Source: an uncultured delta proteobacterium (GTDB lineage Bacteria; Myxococcota_A; Polyangia; Polyangiales; Polyangiaceae). From it: a DNA stretch of 64,000 nucleotides. The notes under the pieces are model-generated. The model ran no database searches. It worked only from the letters and a program-made list of their open reading frames with translations, and was not told the origin of the DNA. Where the stretch lies: assembly GCA_963841435.1 (NCBI GenBank), contig CAWJCS010000003.1, forward strand, positions 448,001 through 512,000. Reading direction: 5' to 3'. Positions 58,607 through 64,000 of the stretch are shown here, one piece after another. Numbering within the stretch: the first letter of the stretch is position 1; the number at the start of each line of letters is the position of its first letter. A program made the translations under genes and the position numbers.

Positions 58607-58667
58607 GTGGCACGCGAGTTCGAGTTCTCGTTGCCGGAGGGAGAGAGAGAGAGCACCGTCTGGAGCG

Positions 58668-60746
58668 ATGAAGCGCCCCGACTCCCGCGCCAGCGTCGAG
58701 GTCGCGTTCGGGCACTACCAGGCGGGCAGCCGCGACAAGGCGAGGGTCGAATGCGAACGCGTGCTCAAGCGCGATCCGCGCGAGGCACGTGCGCTGTTCT
58801 TGCTCGGAACCATCGACCTGGACGACGGGCGCGCCGAGCGCGCCGTCGAGCGTCTCAAGAAGGCGGTCGGGCTCGCCCCGAGCGCGGGGCCGTTCTGGTC
58901 GAACCTCGGCCTCGCCCATGCGAAGTCGCGCGATTTCGAGCGCGCCGAGAAGGCCCTGACGCGGGCGCTCGAGCTTGCTCCCAACTTGGTCGAGGCGACC
59001 TTCAATCTCGGCCTCGTGCACCTGGACCGCGGAGATCCCGGTGCGGCGCTGCCGTACCTCGGACGCGCCGCCGAGCAGCGCCCGGGCGTGCTCGTCGTGC
59101 AACGTGCCTACGCCCGTGCGCTCGTGCGTGCAGGCCAGGTCGATGAGGGCCTCGCACGGTTTCGCTCGACGCTGGGGCTCGCCGGAGGCTCCACGGAAAC
59201 GCACCTCGAGTTCTTCTCCCTGCTCGAGCTGCATGGTCGCCACGCCGAGGCCGAAGCAATCGCGAGCTCGCTGGTGGCGGAGCACCCCACCCTCGCCGAG
59301 GCCCACGTTCGCCTCGGCCAGGCGCTCGCGCAAAAAGACGAGAACGACGCGGCACTCGCTTGCTTCCAGCGCGCCGTGGAGCTCGATCCGACTCACGCCG
59401 CGGCGCGGCGTGGGAGCGCGCTCACGCTGCTCGAGCTCGGTTGCCTGGAAGAAGCCATCCCCGAGCTCGAACGCGCCGTCGAGCTCGACCCCGCGGTCGA
59501 ACGCCCACATAGCAATCTCGTTTTCTACGCCGCGTTCAGTCCGGCCCACGATGCGGCGCGTATCCTCGAAGCCGCCCGCCGCTTCGACGAACGCCATACC
59601 CGGCCCCTCGCGGCCCGACGGCAGCCTCATGAAAATGATCCCTCTCCCGACAGGCGCCTGAGAATCGGCTACGTGTCGCCCGAGCTCCGCGACCACTCGC
59701 AGCGGCTGTTCACGCTGCCCGTCCTGCGCGAGCACGACCACGAACGCTTCGAGATCGTCTGCTACTCGAGCACGCGCCCCGAAGACGCGTGGACCGACCG
59801 TCTGCGTGACTTCGCCGACGCGTGGCACGACGTGGCAAACATGAGCAACGAGAAGCTCGCCGCGCAGATCCGCGACCAGCGCATCGACGTGCTGGTGGAC
59901 CTCACCATGCACATGAGCGGGCAACGTTTGAAGCTCTTCGCCGAAAAGCCCGCACCGGTGCAGATGGCGTGGCTCGCATACCCCGGCACGACCGGCGTCG
60001 GTGGAATCGACTATCGCCTGACCGATCCGCACCTGGATCCTCCGGCCGGTCCTCTGCCGTATTCGGAGCAGTCGCTGTGGCTACCTTCGACTTTTTGGTG
60101 CTACGACCCCGCGAGCACCGAACCGGCCGCCAATGAGCTGCCGGCGCTGTCGAACGGGTACGTGACGTTCGGCTGCCTGAACAATTTCTTGAAGGTGAAT
60201 CGCGGTGTGCTCGAGCTGTGGGCACGGGTGCTCCAGGCCCTGCCGACTTCCCGACTACTCTTGCTCGCACCCTCCGAACGCGCCCGGGCCTTTGCGCTCC
60301 GTGTCCTCGAGTCCAATGGGGTCGATCCCGGGCGCGTGGAGCTAACGGGCCTGGCGTGGCGAAAGGACTACCTTCGGACCTACCACCGCATCGATGTCGC
60401 GCTGGATTGTGTTCCGTACAACGGCCACACGACGAGTCTCGACGCCTTTTGGATGGGCGTGCCCGTGGTGTCGCTCGTCGGACAAACCGTCGTGGGCCGC
60501 GCTGGTCTTTGCCAGGCGCAAAACCTCGCGCTCCCCGAGCTCGCGGTCGACACCGCGCAAGAGTTCGTCGCGCGAAGTGTCGAGCTCGCCGCCGATCTGC
60601 CGCGCCTCGCCACGCTGCGCCGGCGCCTCCGGTCACGGCTCGAAACGTCGCCGCTCATGGATGCGCGGAGCTTCACGCGTGCGCTGGAGGCCGCGTATCG
60701 CGAGGCTTGGGAGCGCTGGTGCTCCCGCGTCACTCCAGGCGCTTGA
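58668..60746 (+). CDS. TPR-containing GT41 glycosyltransferase (SPINDLY/OGT-like)
   Basis: N-terminal TPRs; [51 protein letters not shown]. Confidence 0.92.
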   Translation: MKRPDSRASVEVAFGHYQAGSRDKARVECERVLKRDPREARALFLLGTIDLDDGRAERAVERLKKAVGLAPSAGPFWSNLGLAHAKSRDFERAEKALTRALELAPNLVEATFNLGLVHLDRGDPGAALPYLGRAAEQRPGVLVVQRAYARALVRAGQVDEGLARFRSTLGLAGGSTETHLEFFSLLELHGRHAEAEAIASSLVAEHPTLAEAHVRLGQALAQKDENDAALACFQRAVELDPTHAAARRGSALTLLELGCLEEAIPELERAVELDPAVERPHSNLVFYAAFSPAHDAARILEAARRFDERHTRPLAARRQPHENDPSPDRRLRIGYVSPELRDHSQRLFTLPVLREHDHERFEIVCYSSTRPEDAWTDRLRDFADAWHDVANMSNEKLAAQIRDQRIDVLVDLTMHMSGQRLKLFAEKPAPVQMAWLAYPGTTGVGGIDYRLTDPHLDPPAGPLPYSEQSLWLPSTFWCYDPASTEPAANELPALSNGYVTFGCLNNFLKVNRGVLELWARVLQALPTSRLLLLAPSERARAFALRVLESNGVDPGRVELTGLAWRKDYLRTYHRIDVALDCVPYNGHTTSLDAFWMGVPVVSLVGQTVVGRAGLCQAQNLALPELAVDTAQEFVARSVELAADLPRLATLRRRLRSRLETSPLMDARSFTRALEAAYREAWERWCSRVTPGA

Positions 60747-61335
60747 TGACATGAAACCCGAACTGGGTTTCGACCAACGGCGATACCTCTCCGGGCTTGA
60801 GTGCCGCCGCGGCGTCGCCAAAGGCCTTGATCGCCTGCCGCCGCCGAAACTTCAGTTTTCCGCCGCGCGTGGCGGCTTCGGGCTCATCGGAGTACTCGGC
60901 AACGAGCGCGTCGAAATCCTGGCCTTTGAGAGCACGCGCGCGCGCTTCCTCCGCACGAGCCCGCGCCTCCTCCTTGGTGCGCTGGATCTGGCGCACTCTC
61001 CCCAGGGGAGACGCTCCGTAGCTCACGACGAGCTCGGCCACCGCAAGCGTTTCCTCCGCGGCAGCCAAGGCTGCGCTCGCGGCGGCAGCGGCGCGAGGCT
61101 GCGTCTCCACCGTGCTCTCCTTCGCAGCGATCTCGATCTTCGGCTTGGCTTCTGCTGCGCCGGCGCGAGGCGATTGAACGAGCCCGAAACCACCCACGAG
61201 GGCGAGAAGAAGCAGCCCGCCGAGCACGGCGCCGGGGGCCCAGTCCGGGAGGCCGCTTTTCGTGGGCCGCGCCGGGACGACGGGGGGCGCCTTGCTCTCC
61301 GCAGTGTCGGCATTCGTCTTTTCGTCTGGTTGCAT
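60730..61335 (-). CDS. Membrane-anchored parvulin-type peptidyl-prolyl isomerase
   Basis: N-terminal [37 protein letters not shown]. Confidence 0.85.
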   Translation of the reverse strand: MQPDEKTNADTAESKAPPVVPARPTKSGLPDWAPGAVLGGLLLLALVGGFGLVQSPRAGAAEAKPKIEIAAKESTVETQPRAAAAASAALAAAEETLAVAELVVSYGASPLGRVRQIQRTKEEARARAEEARARALKGQDFDALVAEYSDEPEAATRGGKLKFRRRQAIKAFGDAAAALKPGEVSPLVETQFGFHVIKRLE

Positions 61336-61443
61336 GAGAAGAACTCCGTTCGCCCGCCCGCGCGAAGCCGTGTTCGTGCGTTTGACCGCAGCCTCGTGAC
61401 GAACGTGCACGCGTCCCGAGGCGTTTCGAGCAATTCGGACCAC

Positions 61444-62463
61444 TCAGGGCGTCTCGTCCGCGCGAACGAGCACGTTGTCGAAAAGCACCGCGACGGGTGC
61501 CTGGCGAAACGGCTTGATTTGGGCGAGCCGAACCGCAATCGACTTTGCCGTGGTCGGGGTCAGGTAGATGATCTCGGCGACCTGCCACTCGGGCCCCTTG
61601 ACGAGGTTCGTGGTCGGCGAATCCAGCACCGTGCCGGCGCACGAGGGTGTGTCGAGGACGATGATTTGGATCCCCGCCTTCGTTTCGCCCGCGTAGTTCG
61701 GCACGGAGACTTGCGCGGCAAAGCGATACACCGTCCCGCCGCTCACGTTGATGCACTGGCGCGCGCCGACGATTTGCGTCCCAACCAGATTTTCTTCGAT
61801 GTCGTTCTTGACGGCGAGAGACCCCGACTGGTCGTGCCCCTGCGCGTCCAGGTTGCTCCAGGAAAGCACGAGGCCGGTCTCGATGGACCAAGCCGCAACA
61901 CTCGCGTCCGTGTCGAATGCAGCCTTGTCGATGAGCGTCTCGTCGCAGTCGAGAACACCGTTGTGATCCAGGTCCGGGCACCGCGTGTTGACCGGACCGC
62001 CGGCAGTTCCGGAGCTGCCCCCTCCCGTCTCGCTGCTACCCCCGGTTCCCCCTCCCGAGCCGCCCCGCCCCGTTCCCGCGCTCCCGCTGTACCCCGCGCC
62101 AACCCCACCCGTGCCCGACCCGCCAGCGCCGCCACCGAGAGAAGTGCCAGCGGTCCCGCCGTCACCCGGCTCGGCCCCACCGCCATCGTCCTCTCCTGCG
62201 TTCCCCGCGCCCGCCTCGAAGCTCGAACGCCCGGACGCCCCCCCGGTTCCCGTGATGACGACGACCTGGGCACCTTCGAGCGTGCGATCGTCGATCGGGC
62301 AGGCGGTCAACCCAGCGGCAGCGAGCGCCACCAGCAGAAGCGCATTTCGACCAGGACCCCGCGCCACCGGCGCGCGCCGCACGCGCCCCCGCCGAAGCGA
62401 AGCATCTCTGAAATCGTGGTCCGACACGGCTTTCTCGGGCAGGAGGTTAGCGCAGCGCCCCAT
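61444..62463 (-). CDS. Lipoprotein with Gly-rich linker, Ca-binding-like DxDxNG motif and CBM-like domain; start uncertain
   Basis: Lipobox LTAC; CPDLDHNGVLDC; AFDTD..W..GARQCINV..VLFDNV. Confidence 0.7.
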   Translation of the reverse strand: MGRCANLLPEKAVSDHDFRDASLRRGRVRRAPVARGPGRNALLLVALAAAGLTACPIDDRTLEGAQVVVITGTGGASGRSSFEAGAGNAGEDDGGGAEPGDGGTAGTSLGGGAGGSGTGGVGAGYSGSAGTGRGGSGGGTGGSSETGGGSSGTAGGPVNTRCPDLDHNGVLDCDETLIDKAAFDTDASVAAWSIETGLVLSWSNLDAQGHDQSGSLAVKNDIEENLVGTQIVGARQCINVSGGTVYRFAAQVSVPNYAGETKAGIQIIVLDTPSCAGTVLDSPTTNLVKGPEWQVAEIIYLTPTTAKSIAVRLAQIKPFRQAPVAVLFDNVLVRADETP

Positions 62464-62470
62464 GCGGAAT

Positions 62471-62490
62471 CTGTGACATGATGGTTACAG
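62471..62490 (-). promoter_or_regulatory. Pho box-like site
   Basis: Minus strand CTGTAAC-CATC-ATGTCAC, 11-bp period, matches the PhoB-type CTGTCAT-N4-CTGTCAY consensus; lies upstream of phoX. Confidence 0.55.
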
Positions 62491-62605
62491 GCAGTTGCTC
62501 GTCATGGCGACCTCGCGGTGAGTCTATAGGCGGCATGCACGGGCAGAATGCGTGGCACGCTCGAAGTTGGGCCGCCTCGATACAAGCTGGCCGGCGGCGT
62601 TGGTG

Positions 62606-64000
62606 ATGACGTTCGGCGACGACGACGAGACCTCGAACCCCTCCGGTAGTCCGTCGCTCGAACAGATCTCGACCGGGCTCGTAACGCGTCGCTTCGCGCT
62701 GTCGGTCGGCATCGGAGTGGTGTCGCTACCGTTCTTGAGTTGCCGGAGCCGCTCGTCGCCTCGGCCAGCTCTCGCAGAGCGGCGGGTGGTCCGAGCGAAA
62801 ACGTTGCTTGGCTTCGAACAGCTGCCCACGTTGACGCGCGACGAGGTCGTCGTGCCCAAGGGCTACCGCGTGAGCGTGCTCTACGCGTGGGGCGACCCGG
62901 TCTCGGACGGTCCGGCTTTCGCGCAGGACGCGTCGAACGCCTCCGAAGATCAAGCGCAGCAGGCCGGAATGCACCACGACGGCTTGCATTTCTTTCCGCT
63001 GGGCACGCTCGCGAGCTCCGAGCGCGGCATCCTGGTGGTCAACCACGAGTACACGGACGACGGCCTGCTCCACACGACGGGCATGGATCCCTGGACGCCA
63101 GAGAAGGTCGCAAAGTCGCAGGCGTCCCACGGTGTCAGCGTGATCGAGATCGCGCGCAAGGACGGGCGTTTCGAGGTCGAGAGGCCGTCGCGCTTCGCGC
63201 GCCGCATCACCGCGCGCACACCCATTCGCGTGGGTGGTCCGCTCGCCGGACACGCGCGGCTTCGTACCCAGGCCGACCGGGAAGGCAGCTTGGTCCTCGG
63301 CACCATCGCCAACTGCGCGTGCGGGAACACGCCGTGGGGGACGTACCTTACTTGTGAAGAGAACTGGCACGGCTACTTCGTCAACCCGAAGGGTGAAGCC
63401 AAGGACCTGAAGGGCGCGGAGAAAGCACGCGTCCTGCGTGACCAGGCGCGCTACGGCATCGGACGCGATGGCGCGGGCTACCGCTGGCACGAGCACGATC
63501 AGCGCTTCGACGCGTCGCTGCACCCGAACGAGCCCTATCGCTTCGGCTGGGTCGTCGAGATCGATCCGTTCGATCGGGAGGCAGCGCCGGTGAAACGCAC
63601 GGCACTCGGTCGCTTCAAACACGAGGGCGCTTGCACCGTGGAAACTCGTGCCCGGCACGTGGCGGTCTACATGGCTGACGACGAGCGCTTCGAGTACATT
63701 TACAAATTCGTGAGCAAGGAGCCGTGGCCAGCGGCACGTGACGCGAAAAGAAACCCGCTCGACCAAGGAACGCTGTTCGTCGCCCGCTTCGACGCAGACA
63801 AGACGGGGGAGTGGCTCGCGCTAGTTTTCGGTACCCGTGGCCTCGACCCGGAGCATGGATTTTCCGACCAAAACAACGTCCTCCTGGAGACGAGACGCGC
63901 GGCCGACGTTCTCGGCGCGACGAAGATGGACCGCCCCGAGTGGATCGCGGCACGCAAGCGCGGTGAGCTCTTCGTCAATCTCACGAACAACACGAAGCGC
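62606..64000 (+). CDS. phoX: PhoX alkaline phosphatase (Tat-exported), truncated by the window end
   Basis: TRRFAL Tat motif; AWGDP, GMHHDG, VNHEY, NCACGNTPWGTYLTCEEN, FGWVVEIDP, KRTALGRFKHE, MDRPEW, LTNN; absent from the ORF track because no stop lies in the window. Confidence 0.93.
   Translation, partial: MTFGDDDETSNPSGSPSLEQISTGLVTRRFALSVGIGVVSLPFLSCRSRSSPRPALAERRVVRAKTLLGFEQLPTLTRDEVVVPKGYRVSVLYAWGDPVSDGPAFAQDASNASEDQAQQAGMHHDGLHFFPLGTLASSERGILVVNHEYTDDGLLHTTGMDPWTPEKVAKSQASHGVSVIEIARKDGRFEVERPSRFARRITARTPIRVGGPLAGHARLRTQADREGSLVLGTIANCACGNTPWGTYLTCEENWHGYFVNPKGEAKDLKGAEKARVLRDQARYGIGRDGAGYRWHEHDQRFDASLHPNEPYRFGWVVEIDPFDREAAPVKRTALGRFKHEGACTVETRARHVAVYMADDERFEYIYKFVSKEPWPAARDAKRNPLDQGTLFVARFDADKTGEWLALVFGTRGLDPEHGFSDQNNVLLETRRAADVLGATKMDRPEWIAARKRGELFVNLTNNTKR

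Noticed and set aside
62535-62606. ATG at 62535 as the phoX start
   Set aside because: That frame stops after 23 codons; the PhoX frame starts at about 62606
133-63993. Many long overlapping or antisense ORFs in the track (e.g. 133..2019, 339..2396, 10650..12629, 13567..15159, 50072..52558, 60394..62481)
   Set aside because: Arg/Ala-rich shadow frames of real genes, expected in high-GC DNA; no recognisable motifs

Overview
High-GC DNA whose gene content points to a myxobacterium, probably Polyangiaceae/Sorangiineae (Gly-rich lipoproteins, DUF4215 Cys-rich repeats, TPR/PEGA plus kinase pair, MYXO-CTERM-like tail). Positions 1-30.7 kb are mostly core or ordinary accessory genes: a porin flanked by carbohydrate-binding-like lipoproteins, an OprO/P porin, an NtrC-type regulator, namZ, pepP, folP-cdaA-ybbR, a CDF transporter, glpK, an FHA-GAF adenylate cyclase, accA and an Rrf2 regulator. 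This part also holds a compact MNIO (DUF692) RiPP cluster with a lipidated, bufferin-like Cys-rich precursor. From about 30.8 kb to the end lies a coherent envelope gene island that combines phosphate acquisition (DUF4388-TonB-PstS-like fusion, TonB-dependent receptor with partner lipoprotein, giant Cys-rich PstS homologue, PhoX, Pho-box-like repeats) with exported c-type cytochromes (Cyc2-like heme-porin fusion, surface monoheme protein, ~1290-aa multiheme lipoprotein). It also carries Cys-rich surface proteins sharing an unnamed domain, a GT41 glycosyltransferase and two catalytically degenerate regulators. A palindrome, TTCCG-N5-CGGAA, recurs in four intergenic regions of this island. Six single-base indels in four genes look like long-read sequencing errors. 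All family calls come from motif recognition by eye; no database searches were run.
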